DNA of 62,721 nt, the filler included. It is 4 parts of 4 records of this genome, joined end to end, with 100 filler letters (N's around TTAATTAATTAA, not from the genome) between each part and the next. Parts side by side here need not be neighbours in the genome. Positions count along the whole stretch, not along the records: positions 1 to 28,553 come from SRR20825019_2309; 3 more parts are not named here. One strand, written 5' to 3'. Under the pieces are notes generated by a model, which ran no database searches, had not been told where the DNA came from, and was given only the letters and a program-made list of their open reading frames with translations. Numbering within the stretch: the first letter of the stretch is position 1; every line of letters begins with the position of its first letter. Shown here piece after piece: positions 1-12,629 of this stretch. A program made the position numbers and the translations under genes.

Positions 1-27
1 CCCCCCCCCCCCCCCCCCCCCCCCCCC
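1..27. repeat. poly-C tract at contig 1 start
   Basis: 27 consecutive C followed by TAA; mirrored by poly-G at the other end of the contig. Confidence 0.9.
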
Positions 28-89
28 TAATCCTGTTGTCAGTAGTGCCCTAGAGGCCTGCGTAACTTGCAGTCACTCTATAACAGAAA

Positions 90-620
90 AAGTGGCCGGC
101 CGGGTGGTGCGTCAAGAGCGGCACGTTGAGCACCGGCGCCTAACGTCGCTAATGAGCACTCATGGGATGATGCGTGTGCCGGCAGTGTGCGCTCAACGGC
201 AGGGCTGGGGCCCCGTGGCCCGGAGTCAGTGGACTCGCCGGGGGGCCGGCGGCCGGACGCCAGCCCGACCGGGCCGGCCGGTGCGGCCCCGGCGCTCGTC
301 AGTGGTTAGTTCCGCAGGTCTCCCACTCATCAGCCCACTGACCGTCGCTGCCAGCGGGCCGGCCCTCCCGTCCGCTCGTGCACGGGGGCTCCCGGCTCCC
401 CCGACATCGGTGGTTCTCTGCTGCGCACTGCTGAACAGCTAGAAAAAGTGAGGTTCGAGGGTAGCCTTCAGGTAAGGTTATGATTGCCCATAGGAAGGCT
501 AAAAAAAGACTTGGTGTTCCTGAGGGCCTAACAATGCAAGAACACATCAGCTGACACCGCCGCCGCGCCCTCACCGGATTCGGTCAGCGCTGGCGTCCTC
601 TCCTCTGCCAGGGTGGCTGG
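90..620. promoter_or_regulatory. GC/CpG-rich island upstream of RPEL gene (approximate bounds)
   Basis: Dense CCGG/GGCC/GCCG sequence with CTCATCAG at 326-333; no credible ORF; lies 5' of the gene at 818. Confidence 0.5.
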
Positions 621-817
621 GGTGTGGCCCATCTCCCAAGGCTGCTTGTTTCCGATTTTGGAATCATGACTTGTTTTGCACTGATGGCGGCTGAGGGTCG
701 GGCTGAGGAGCTTATCACAGTCTCTTCATCCGCCCGCAACGCAAATGTAGTGGCCATCACTTCCTTCACCTTGTACTTGTATGTAGCTTCGTCACTACAC
801 TTGCAGAGAGTGTAAGC

Positions 818-2007
818 ATGACTGGATTTACTGAAGCACAACAACAACTGGAGAAGGGTCTCTCCAGAGAACGCCGAGCAACAATCGAGAGTTTGGAAGG
901 GAGTAATATTGTCCATGATCACAAGGTAGCTCCTAGTTTGCAGGGAGTGCAGGTCGGTGCCTTTGGTTTAGTTATTACTATTGTCTTATTTAAGTCCAAC
1001 TGCAGGCTCAGCTTGAGAAGAGCTTCAAGCAGGACAAGCTTACACATGCTCTTGAGCAGAGGCCTTCCATCGATGAGCTTGTTGAGCACAATGTAGCCCG
1101 CGAGAACTTTACGGTGGCTTCTAGCCTTCAGGGAGTGCAGAATGAGCTACAGCGTAAGATGACCGCGGACTCTGTATCTCAAGGCTTGGCAAAGAGACCC
1201 GCATACGAAGACCTGGAGGGCACAAGTATTGCCCCCGTCAGTTCTGATGTTGCCCCCTCCCTTCAGGCAACACAGCAGGCTCTTGTAAGGAACATGCGCG
1301 CAGACTCAGTGAATCAACACTTGAGTGCCCGCCCTTCCTTTGATGAGCTTAAGAGCCAAGGTATTGCTAGTGGTGACCCAACAACCGCAGCTGGATTGGC
1401 AGCTACCGCGAAGCAGTTAGAGCGTAATTTGAAGGCTGTTCACGTGAACCACGATCTTGGACATCGTCCGAGTTTCGACAATCTGGTTGAGCACGGAATT
1501 GCACGTGGCCAAGAAGTTGCTCCAGCACTACAGGGCGTACAGGCGCAGCTTCAGCGCAATATGAACGCTGACAATGTTAATAAGAACCTGGCGAACCGTC
1601 CTTCGGTTGATGATCTTGAGAAGCGTGGAGTTCTTCCCCCGAACCACCAGCTGGCCCCTTCCCTTCAGGCTACGCAGCATGCTCTGGAACGAAAGTTCAT
1701 TGAGCAGAAGTTGAGCCATAATCTTCAAAACAGACCCGAGAAGCAGGACCTAATTGACCATAACATCCTGAACCAGGATGGTGCACTGGCAGGGAAGACA
1801 ATGGCCCTGCAGCACCAGATGGCTGCCGACAAGCTGCGCCAGTCTTTGGAGCATCGGCCAAATAAGGAAGAGCTTGTTGAAAAGAATGTTTTGAAAGAGC
1901 CAAATGTGGCGCCGGCACTTTGTAGCAAAGCTGTTGAGTTGGAAAAAGCAATGGCTAGCGATAACATCAAGAACGACCTCCGCAAACGCTCAAGCGTCTC
2001 TAACTAA
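818..2007 (+). CDS. RPEL-repeat (G-actin-binding) protein; intron 953-1005
   Basis: Splicing GTCGGT..TGCAG joins ORFs 818 and 1114; seven RPxxxEL/DL..xI motifs (e.g. RPSIDELVEHNV, RPEKQDLIDHNIL, RPNKEELVEKNVL) plus one degenerate copy, with APSLQ linkers. Confidence 0.85.
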
Positions 2008-2269
2008 GAATACTGGAGCGGTTCATGCTGAAAAGATTTTGTGTTGCGATTCAGTGAGGGTACCGCAAGAGTGGAGGGACTAACATGGGAATAATATGGG
2101 CAGTGAGCAGTCTCCATGTGGATATGATTGCCTGTCCTCAACTACAGAAGTAAAGTGTACATCAAAACCCCTGCCAAGAGTAATCCCAAATGGGGAGTCA
2201 CCATCAGCAGCTGATCTATCGTATTAGTATTCGTGTGAAGTATGGAGAAAAGAAGTGGGTAAAGATAGT

Positions 2270-2870
2270 AGTAATCGACCGACCGACGGCACCGTCACGG
2301 TAAAGCCGGCTGCCGCGGGTCGGGGCAGGCCGGCCGTCCGGTGGCGCCTCGCTGGCTGCCCAGCCGCCGGAAGCCCACACTCGCCATCAGTCATCGCCCA
2401 CGGCTGTGCAAGGGCCTCGTCGGTCGGACCGCCGCTGGCTGGGTTGAGCCTCGGCGGCGGCCGGGACGCCTGCTGGTCTGCGACTGCCGAACAAGATCCG
2501 TGAGGCCCAGCGCGAGCGTGGCGAGGCCATCCCACGCGAGGGCCGAGTCAGTGAGTCCGGCGGTCTGGGCCTGCCCCACGGAAATAAGGCGTAGCCCGCT
2601 CCGGCAGCGGGCACGTGGTGGTTGCCAGTCGTGAGAGCCCTGACTGATGAGGCCCTCCGGCTCGCCCGCTGGCGCCGGGTCGGCGCCCGGTCGGTGGCCC
2701 GGGACGCGGCGGCCTGGGGATGGTCTGCGGACGCTTGCAAGGATGGCCGGTCGATGATCACCTGCGCAGCATCGATCATCCAGTTCTAAGCCATGGTGCG
2801 GTGGACCGGGACGTCTGACCAAGGCACCAGTTCCTACCCGCCGGCACTTCGGACCCATGGCCTGGCTGGC
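2270..2870. promoter_or_regulatory. GC-rich island upstream of beta-ureidopropionase (approximate bounds)
   Basis: GC-rich non-coding block with GAGTCAGTGAGTC and CTGATGAG (2644-2651). Confidence 0.5.
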
Positions 2871-2983
2871 CACATTTGACAAGCCCGGTCCGTACTGTGG
2901 CGAAGCACAAGGCTGACAGCCGCACCCACAACTTTGGGCTATATTTAATTTATGCGGCAAGATAAGGGAGATTCAACGAAAAA

Positions 2984-4271
2984 ATGGTGAGCACTAGTGT
3001 TCAGAGCCTTGGTAAGTGCTGGAAGTAGTTTGTATATGCGACTTGCTGACCCGTTGTGTAGACGCTGTCTTGGACAAGTACATTCCTGAGGACGAGCTTA
3101 AGAGTGTGAAGCAGCTTATTTATGGGCCGCCCACCACCAAGGGCGATGTCCCCTCCGCAGCGGCCAACCTTGCTCAGGCCAACGATTTCGAAGTGGCTTA
3201 CCATAAGTTCGACAGCGTTCCTGAGCAGATGCGGAGCTCCAGGATTACCAAGATCGGTTTGATTCAGAACCAGATCATTCTCCCCACAACTGCCCCTGTG
3301 AAGGACCAGTACGAAGCTATCAAGAAGCGTTTGGATGTTCTCATTGACGCCGCCGGCCTTATGGGTGTCAACGTGCTCTGCCTTCAGGAGGCCTGGACCG
3401 CCCCCTTCTTCTTCTGCACTCGCGAGAAGTACCCCTGGTCCGAGTTTGCTGAGGATCCCGAGTTCGGTGACTCCACCATGTTCATCAAGCAGAAGGCCAA
3501 ACAGTGGAACATGGTAATTGTCTCCCCGATCTTCGAGCGCGACAGTGTTCACGGCGAGACTGTGTGGAACACTGCCGTAGTTATCGGCAACAACGGTAAC
3601 TACATCGGTAAGCACAGGAAGAACCACATTCCCCGTGTTGGTGACTTCAACGAGTCTACCTATTACATGGAGGGCAACACTGGTCACCCCGTGTTCGAGA
3701 CTGCCTTCGGTAAGGTCGCCATCAATATCTGCTACGGCCGTCACCACCCCATGAACTGGCAGATGTTCGCCCTGAACGGTGCCGAGATCATCTTCAACCC
3801 TTGTGCCACCGTCGCTGGCCTTAGCGAGCCTATGTGGTTCATTGAGGGTCGCAACGCTGCTATCGCCAACAGCGTATTCACGGCCAGCAACAACCGCATT
3901 GGCACTGAGGAGTTCCCTAACGAGTTCACCTCTGCCAACGGCAAGCCCGCCCACAAGGACTTCGGCCATTTCTACGGCTCCAGCTATGTGGCCTCCCCCG
4001 ACGGCAGCCGTTGCCCCGGTCTCTCCCGTACCCGTGATGGTGTTCTTTGCGCCGAGGTCGACCTTAACCGCTGCAGGCAGGTTAAGGATAGCTGGTGCTT
4101 CCAGGTAAGTCCCGTGGCATTTGTTGTGGTACGGCCGCTGACGTTTTCCGGTCTCAGATGACGAACCGCATCGAGCTCTACGCCAAGAGCTTTACCGAGT
4201 ACTGCCAGCCCGACTACAAGCCCCAGGTCATCCGTGACCCCTCTCTGGCCCGCCCCAAGGCTGACCAGTAG
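2984..4271 (+). CDS. UPB1: beta-ureidopropionase (nitrilase superfamily); introns 3012-3061 and 4105-4157
   Basis: [32 protein letters not shown] and HFYGSSY motifs; both introns GTAAGT..CTGAC..AG restore the frame. Confidence 0.95.
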
Positions 4272-4364
4272 GCATCACCTTGACCGTTGCTACCCCTCTA
4301 CAGCACTGATGACCCTCAGGATCTCGCAGTTAACGAAATAAAACAAAGAGACGACCAACCCGAT

Positions 4365-7300
4365 TTACTCCTGTACACTATTGAAGATTTCTGCGCTTGT
4401 CTGGTTACATATCTGGCCTAGTATCACGTTGACGGCGTCCACCACAAGATGCCCTCCGTAGTGGAACCCCGCCGTATCCGTCTGGCTGACCGTCAACATC
4501 TCCAGCCGTGCAAATGCACCTTTGGACCCACCTGACCCTCCTGACCCTCAGTCATTGCAACGAAGTCCAGGGCCGGCACATCCTCGTCGTGTGCGGCTGT
4601 CAACACCGCCGCTTGTGCGCTCCGCATCGCCTCCGAGCCCATACAGTCCTTTCGTGCACCCTGAAGCTTGGATTCATCCGCCATCCCCCCGGTTCTAACA
4701 AATACCCTGGTTTTAGGTGAAAGTGTTCTCCACATTTGTATAAGGCTGCGTGTCTAGGTAGAACCGGATCTCAGATCAACATCTTCAATACGTTAACCTA
4801 ACCTTAGCACACATACCTGGGAGTACAGCCACCTATGGATCGTGGAAAATCTGGAGTCGCATCCCCGTTCTACATTTCTCCTCATATTCTCTTTGAGAAG
4901 ATCCCAAAATGTTGTACTTATTACCACATCACTGATAGATCTAAAAACACATTGTGTTAAAGGGAGACGAAGCAGAGATTCGCTTATTTATCATACCTAT
5001 TCAGCATATGTGCCACGTCAATGTCGGCTTTAAGAAGAGACGATGTGTAGCTAGGGACATGATTAACATGTGTTCCTGATGATGTCCACGTCCACGTATC
5101 CGATGAAGCTAACTCGAGATCAGAGAGAGACCCTACAACATCGACTTGCATACCTTTCGCAAACCTGAAGCTTAAAATTGTGCCTCCGTTTTCAGACGCG
5201 CACATGCTGAATGAAGATTGGTCTATCCAACGATCAAGATGTTACTGAACCGAATCAGTCCAAAGAATATACGCACAACTCACCTGGGAACGGGTTATAG
5301 TCAAGTGGAAAGTGCAGCAACTTGCACATGTACGAGAGGAAATTGGCATCTTGACTGTCCCCAAAGAAGTGCAGCCACTTCCCTCTCAAACAGGATATCG
5401 CTCCCTCAGGATCTTCAGAAAAATCTGGACCCTATGATCAGGAATACAAGTAAAGAAGTACATTGTTCTCACCTTTGATTCGACATCCAGCAACTTCCCA
5501 CATGTAACCGGCTTGCGTCTGCAACATGATCACATCGTGGTACTCGTTGTTGAAGTTCCCATTTGTGGAACCCTCCTGTGCCCACACCAAGCGGGTTCGC
5601 GGCACCCAAAGACCCTTTCGGCGCATTGGATCTCGGCATAGGTCCAGATCGAATCTGTTTGGGCATCCATCCAAGTGAACTCTATTTCGCAACAATGGTC
5701 TCTGTTCTGATAGCCCGGGGAAAGGAAAGACAGCACGCTCTGCAGAGTCCACATTCATGGTGGAATGCTTGGATACAGCACTAACTACATCCATGATGTC
5801 CTGTCGGCAATGTTAGCAAATGACATTCTCCATCTCACCATATCGACTCACATCCACTGAATGGCGGTGCTTTGCTCCTTGAGGTGCTTCCTCCATTCTC
5901 ATTAGGGCCTCTGCGCATCCACCAGCTTGAATCCAATCGCCAAACATGGACACTAGCGACTCTATCCCGCCTTCGTCGGAAGAATTCCCTGATTTCCCCA
6001 ATGATTTAGACACAGACCCATTAACCCTAATCTCTACTGCCCTTTCACCATCTTCCCCAAGTACTGGCAATATTCCGCGGTGGTGCAGACTTTCGTCAAA
6101 GTACTCTTGCAGTGATGTGGGGCTGATCTGGTGACCTGACTCCCACTCGTCCCCATGCCCCGAAAATACCATAATGACATCACAACGTACTTCCTCGGCG
6201 TGCCTCGCGGCCAATACTTCCCTAATCAACACCGTCACTCCCTCGGGGATGTTCCCTTGAAACACTTCGGAATAAGCACTCTTTTGGCTCCACAACGATA
6301 GCATCAAGAATCTTAAATTTCCACTTTGGCCAGTCTTCGCTACGTCGTCAAAGCCCGATGCGAAAAAGGAGATGATCTTCAAGTATGCCTCATCCTGCAG
6401 GGTTATCCTTTCGGTGTAGGAAGATAAGGCGGTACTCATCATGCATACAATTGTATCATTTGTGCTCCATATGTCTGCGCTCGTAGGCACACGAGTTATA
6501 GCGGGGAACAGCGGATTCTGATATTCCGTGACAGGAATATGGTATAATATAGGAGCAAGATTATCAAAGCTAGAAAGAGCAGTGTTATAGAGTGCATGAC
6601 TTGGAGACATGATGGCGTTATGGTGGAGAAGAGTTTGGGAGCCCAGTGGCCCGCTCCCGCTTCCCATCAAGTCAAGGACGACGGGAATTCCTGCAATGAA
6701 GGCAGCGGATGCTCCCATAGGCCCAGTGACCACAGCCACATCAAATCCTCCCCATAGTCCCTTGTCCAGGCTTTCCTTCCCGCCATAAGCCAAGTATTCA
6801 GGTAATTCCCTGATTGCCCCTTCATTCCATCGAATCTGTGTTTGACCGGCACTCTCCTCGACATCGTAATATATAGGAAACTCTTCGATGCTAGAGTTTT
6901 CGGGAAAGAATGGCAGTGCACCATCCAAACTGACCACGGAGATGTGCATTCGTGCTTTTCGGCTAGAAGCCTGCATGACAAGGATGTCATTCACCAACGC
7001 AAGAACATGGGCATTCCATCTTCGCCATGCCGCCAAATTCGATTCGGCCGCCCAGACATTGGTGGACTAGAAAAATTGCCGAGTCAATGAACATATTATT
7101 GTATAGCTTCAAAAAGCACTGACCTTTTCCAACAACAGCACTGCTGCTACAGTATCTGACTCAGACCTCTCTTGACATCGAAGCTCCCTAAACTCTCTCA
7201 TATGTAGCAGCCGAACCATGTCTATCCTAATTTTATCAGACTCTGTGCCGCTACCAAAGTCAGCAGATGACACTGCAGCGATACCAAAGTGGGCAAGCAA

Positions 7301-7486
7301 ACTGCCATCGGTATGGATGACAAGGCGGACAACGTCATCTTGGTAGTCGTGGAAGAAAAGATACGAGTGGCATGGTATAGCTTCCAGTTGTTGTGAGACA
7401 ACTAGGTCAGTAAGACAACACAAGCCGAGGAGGGCTACCAACACTGCCTTTTTACAATGCGAGTGGCTTCTCGAGGGTGCACACAT
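4365..7486 (-). CDS. multi-exon secreted/membrane protein: GT-B-like N-terminal half plus C-terminal PC-esterase/TBL/NXPE-type SGNH domain
   Basis: N-terminal hydrophobic signal; manual splicing gives YMWEVAGCRIKDF..CLRGKWLHFFGDS and a terminal GFHY..NVILGQIC; internal exon boundaries only partly traced. Confidence 0.6.
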
Positions 7487-7639
7487 TGCAATGAAATAAG
7501 AAAACTAAATCGCTCGGCAAAATGAACTAAACATGGACTGACAGAGATAGAAAGCCACCCAACGGGAAGTCCCATTTATGTGGTTATGTAAGGAATTCTC
7601 ATTTATTATGTTTGCGTTCACTTGTACGGCAGTACAAGG

Positions 7640-8400
7640 CTCACAAATTCTCCAGGGGCGGAAGCCGGGTGCGGCACGGGTGCGCGGCGGCCGGTGACTC
7701 CCGGGGGCCGGGGCCCGCGGCGCCGGGCTGACCGCCGGCCGCCATCTCGCGGCCGGGGCGCCGGCGGGCGCGGTGCAGTGCTGCGGTGCAGGCCCCAGTC
7801 ATCAGTGAGCGCGGACGGCGCGCCGGGTGCGCGCGTTGATCGAAATGGAAACTGAAACTATGCGGAATCCCGATTCCGCATGAACTTCTCTAAATATAAA
7901 TAAGATCTAGCGCCTTCTCATTCGGCCCAGTTTTTTATGAGCCAACGGCTCCAGTCGGCAACCGTCACGTGCTCAGGGCCCCGTCGCGCTTTCCAAGTTG
8001 ACCGGGGGACCCGGCTCAAACTCCGAGTGAGGCGGCTGGAGGGCTCAGAATTTTGAAGCTTCTTGCATTCGGGAGGGCGATCCCGGGACGCATCGTGAGT
8101 GCGGCGATGGGACGACCGCCGGGACCGCTACGGCACGCCGCGGTCAGCAGCCCGCGCGCTGCGAGCTTCATCAGTTGACTGCATGTCTGTCCCATGATTC
8201 AGCGGGTCGCCGGCCGGACCGCCGTGGCCGGAGGGTATGCCGATCACCATACTGGTACTGTTCGCTGGGCAACCACCGTGGCATGCAAGAAACTCGTTAG
8301 CGCGACGCCGCGCCTTCCGGTCCCGCGCCGTCCGGTCTCCGCTTCAGCAGCCGGCGGGCCGAGGTGGGGCGCGGGGTAGCCTGAGCCGGACCTGAAAGTA
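7640..8400. promoter_or_regulatory. bipartite GC-rich island between divergent genes (approximate bounds)
   Basis: Two GC blocks (~7650-7840 and ~7960-8400) around an AT-richer core; GTCATCAGTGAG at 7798 and TTCATCAG at 8167. Confidence 0.5.
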
Positions 8401-8645
8401 AGCTAAACGGGACGCAAAGTAACTGGGGAATCCCAGCCCTTGGATTGGCGTGGTCTGCCGAGTCAGCCAAACGTTATAGCGGTTGGTGGTGGTGGCGGCG
8501 GCGGTGGTGGTGGAGAGTCAGCCATTCTTCTCCCTGGCGCCACCTTTTAGCCTTTCCGGACTTTTCCGTCTTGCCGCCGCCAGTATTAAATACCTGAAGA
8601 CCAAGGCCTCATGACTCAGGATATAGGCGTTACGCAAACACAAAT

Positions 8646-9811
8646 ATGCCGAAGACCACATACCAGTCCTTGGCGGAGGTTAGTTGGTTGGCCAAAACAT
8701 GATTCCTTAGGTTGCTGACCGTGTTTTCAGGAAGCAAAGTATGTAGTGGTTAAGCTCATTTGACGGACATCTGATGTGCTGCTGACTGGGGCGGTCATAG
8801 GGGTGTTTATGTAGGAGAATTTGACAGAAGGGGTTACAAATGTGGACTGGGATGCTACTTTTGGGACGACAGCAGCGTGTATGAAGGCGACTGGATGCTG
8901 GGAGAAAAACACGGCTTAGGGGTTTATGTGTGGCCGGACGGAACTACTTATGCCGGGGAGTGGAAGGATGGCCACAAGCATGGTTATGGTGTTGCTGCTA
9001 ATCCTGATGGGCGTAAACTTGAGGGTATGACTATTTGTGGATCAAAAAGGCATAACGAACTGACGGCGCTCGTTCAGGTGACTGGGCTAACGGCAAGTTT
9101 GTATCGAAGAACCCATCAAAAGCACAAGCGGCTGCCCAGGCCTCTTATGTAGAGCAAGCAAAGGCGCGAGGTCTGGCAAGGCGAAAAGGATTTACCGGGC
9201 CGCTTGAAGGGTACGGGTTGTGGAGCCTTACCTTTTTGTCAGACTATTCACCTCGTTGCGTAGGACGGCTGTTGCTGAGGAGATCACGCGAAAGCTCAAT
9301 GGTGGCAATGGTGGCTCACCCTTGGGTGATGCTCCCAGAATGACGAGACGTTCTTCGCGGAGTGCGGCTGCACCTTACGATGCTTGCAGCTCGCCCCGTC
9401 TCAGGTATTTGTTTGCAGCCTTGTGGAAATGTCGAAAATAATCGAGTGTCCTCCTCAATACTCAGCCGGAGGCGGTCGAGCCTCACTGGGATGAACCTGT
9501 CACCAACATCACCTGGCTCCGGCAATGGTCCAACCTCTTTAGGTAGGTTTATTTGAAAACCGCCGGTCCGCAATGTTTATAGAATGCGTGCAGGCAAGAT
9601 TCTCTTGCCTGGGATGGATCCGAACTCCAAGTCTCAGCACAGAAATTCACATACTTCCGATGACACCCCAGTCTCTCCGCCGCACCAGATGATTGATAGC
9701 ATCTTTGAAAAGAAACCACCCAGTGTCTCCCAAGGCGTGGGGCTTCGCAACAGGAAGAAAGAAGCCAACGAGGAAGACCTGATTAGGATTAGTGATATCC
9801 ACCTCAGCTGA
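8646..9811 (+). CDS. MORN-repeat protein, multi-exon, with an 8-nt micro-exon (8731-8738)
   Basis: YVGEF..KCGLGCYFW, YEGDWMLGEKHGLGVYVW and YAGEWKDGHKHGYG repeats; six GT-AG introns give a continuous frame. Confidence 0.8.
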
Positions 9812-9936
9812 TTATGAGTTGCTGGTAGATCAGCTAAGCATTAATCTGTCGCCGATATCCATTGGTGTGGGGAATTCGCGTTTCGAATTGGTAAACATTT
9901 CGATGAGTCAACAACCGATGTATCCGTGTACATGGG

Positions 9937-12524
9937 TCAGGGCTGGCCCGCTCGCCGATGGGATGAACTGGCTGCTGCCAGTGACGACTCCAGTATGCCA
10001 ATGTAAGAGCCGTTCATGTGGATAGCATCGCAGTGGAAGTCCCTGCGCAAGATGCCCTTGTCATCACTTAGGTCATCACCGAAGTCCAAGTACCGAAGGG
10101 GTCCCATGGTGTCACGCAGCCGTTTGTTCATTTTCTGGACCAGCTGGAATATTGATTAGATTCTCATGAAAACTGGTGATGCGGGCCTTACCTCCGCACG
10201 TATCGGGACGATTATGGTGCTGTCGTGGCACGGAGGTGTGACCGGGTGCACATACAACCTGAAGCCGAATTCTTCTTCAAGTCTCAGCAGGGCGTCATTG
10301 TAGACATTGACCGTCGCATTGACCGCCTCGTCGCGGTTCTTGTACTTGCCCTTCTCTACCGCTGCTTCAATACCTTCCCGGCAATCGATTTCACCACACA
10401 CAAAAATAGCCTGTTACTCTCAGCAACTTGGTGACATCACACTGAGATGTACACATACCTCGTAGACATCGGTAGGCATTCTATCCAAGACGAGGTTGGT
10501 ATTAGATGCGGTCAAAAATTTGTTGCTGAAACACCACGGATGAGATCAGAGAACCCTAGAGGACACATGTGTACAGACCCTTTTCTCAGGTGCCACATCT
10601 TCAGTCCAGTCACCAATCGCGGCACAAGAAGGCGCTTTTCCCCCTTGAACATGATAGTTCGCCAAGAAGGGGCAACTACATGAGAGTCTCCAATCAAAAA
10701 CAAGGGTTTTGCTTCAGGAATAGGAAGAGTGGGAGGGGTCTTGGCCAGCAGATTCGAGATGAAGAAGTAATAGGCCCAGTGTGTCTTCAAAGCTTGGAGT
10801 GGCTTGTACACAACAGGAGGAAACGACTTGCCGATGATAGAGCAGAGCTCCTTGGATCGCCCCACATCACCCAGGAGGTAAGCATGCTTTGTCATGATCA
10901 GGTACATTGCAAAGTGATTCACGGTAGTTAATCTTTCCATAGAATACCCAGAAGATTCGGACGAACCAATGCTCTTGCCGATGTCACAACCAAACTGTGA
11001 CATGAAGCCATCTGCTGATGACATGGCCTAGTAATCATGCATTAGATCTATTATCTTATGCTCTATCAACACAGCTTACCTTATCAAGATCGCACAAATA
11101 TTCGTATCCCTGAACAACGTTAAACATGTGTGTCGGATCGTCGGTGCTGCTTTCAAATGCAGCAACGTAGTCGTCCAAAGACTTTTGAAGCTCGCCAATA
11201 TCCTTCATAATACCAGCACGACTGGCCAACAGTTTAGTGTGCGATGGAGTTAGAGCCAGTCCCTTTTCAATATGCCCCAAAGCACTTTCAATATTTTTGG
11301 ACATCTATTCATAATTAGCCAAGACTGAACGATAGGGCATGCGGCTACACACCTCGCTGTATTCCGCTAGAACACAATAGACATCCGCAGTGGCCACGCC
11401 CTTCTTGACAAGCCCCTCCGCAATCTCAATTCCCTCAGCCTGCATCCTTGCATCCCAGAGAGACCGGGCCACCATTCCATGCGCCTCGGGACTGTTATCA
11501 AAAACTGCTTTAACACGCTTGTAGTGAGCATACGCCTCCTTGGGTAGTCCCATCTCTGCCAGAATCGTCACGGCGCCTAGTTGAGATTCCACATTGGTTG
11601 GATCTGCGTTCACAGCTTGCACATATATCTGCCCAGCTTCCTGCATCTTTCCCAGGCTCTTGAGAATCTCCGCCTTCGTATTCATTGCTCCCGTTAGCCT
11701 TGGATCGAGCTCAAGAGCCTTGTTAAGAGCAGATATCGCTCGATCAGTCTCTCCAAGCAACCGGAGGCAAGCGCCCAGGTTACCCCAGGCGGATGCCATG
11801 TTGGGGCGGCATTTGATGGCTTCCTGCATAGAAGTCAGGCAGATATCCTGATAAAGCTGAAGCGACTACACGCACCTTGATGAAGGGAACCGCGTCGCTT
11901 ACACGGCCCATCCTTCTCAGAGTGTTACCCTGTAACGCGTACCCTCAAAAGACGTCCCAAAAGTAGCACACACCACGTTGTACCTTGGTGAGTAATGCTT
12001 CCGGGAAAGCCGAGTCCAGGCTCAATGCTTCATCCAAGAGCTGCAACGCTTCGTCGAACCGCCCTGCAATCTTGTTAATGCTATCAATTCTACAAGCATA
12101 CCCAGTCACATACTTAAACCAGAGAGGACAATGGCGAGATTGTTCCTGGATAGTTTGTTGTCTTGATTTAGTGAGATGGCACGTCGAAACAGCTCCTCAG
12201 CTTCACTCAATGAACCACTCAAGCGAAGACATTCTCCTTTGGTGTTCATGAAAAGCCAGTTCTTAGGTTCTAGGTCAACGGCGCTGCATCAAGCAGTTTC
12301 AGGAAACGAAGCATGAGAATTCGACCTGTGCCATACCGAGATATGTGACTCAAGGCCTTCTGTCGAAGGGCTGGAACGCGATTCAGCAATACTCCCAAGT
12401 CATGGTGATATGTTGCATTGTCAGGATAGGTAGATACGAGCTCCTCAAAAAGTTTGAAGGCATCATCAACCTTTCCTTGATCAAGTGCTTGCAACGCCTG
12501 TTGATATCGTGGGTCTTCCGCCAT
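9937..12524 (-). CDS. TPR-repeat protein with C-terminal SGNH/GDSL-like domain, multi-exon
   Basis: Repeated TPR helices (AWGNLGACLRLLGETDRAISALNKALELDP); FLIGDSH and DAIHMN motifs in the C-terminal exons. Confidence 0.75.
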
Positions 12525-12629
12525 TTTTGAACTTTCTGTAACAAATTAAAACCTGAATAGGGTTTTATCACTGCACAGACAACCGCACTAGAGTCGTTTC
12601 CTTGCACAAGATACCCGTTCCGCCATTCA

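Noticed and set aside
1-30. Poly-C + TAA start and poly-G end (28536-28552) as telomeres of a nanochromosome
   Set aside because: Only one CCCTAA unit and no tandem telomeric repeat; homopolymer ends are explained by assembly breaks at G-tracts or two-colour sequencing artefacts
3001-3969. Long antisense ORF over UPB1 (similar ones over gdh, pdxY and imuB)
   Set aside because: Shadow ORFs produced by strong codon bias of the sense gene
8481-8513. (GGT/GGC)n run as a functional repeat
   Set aside because: Short imperfect microsatellite with no further support
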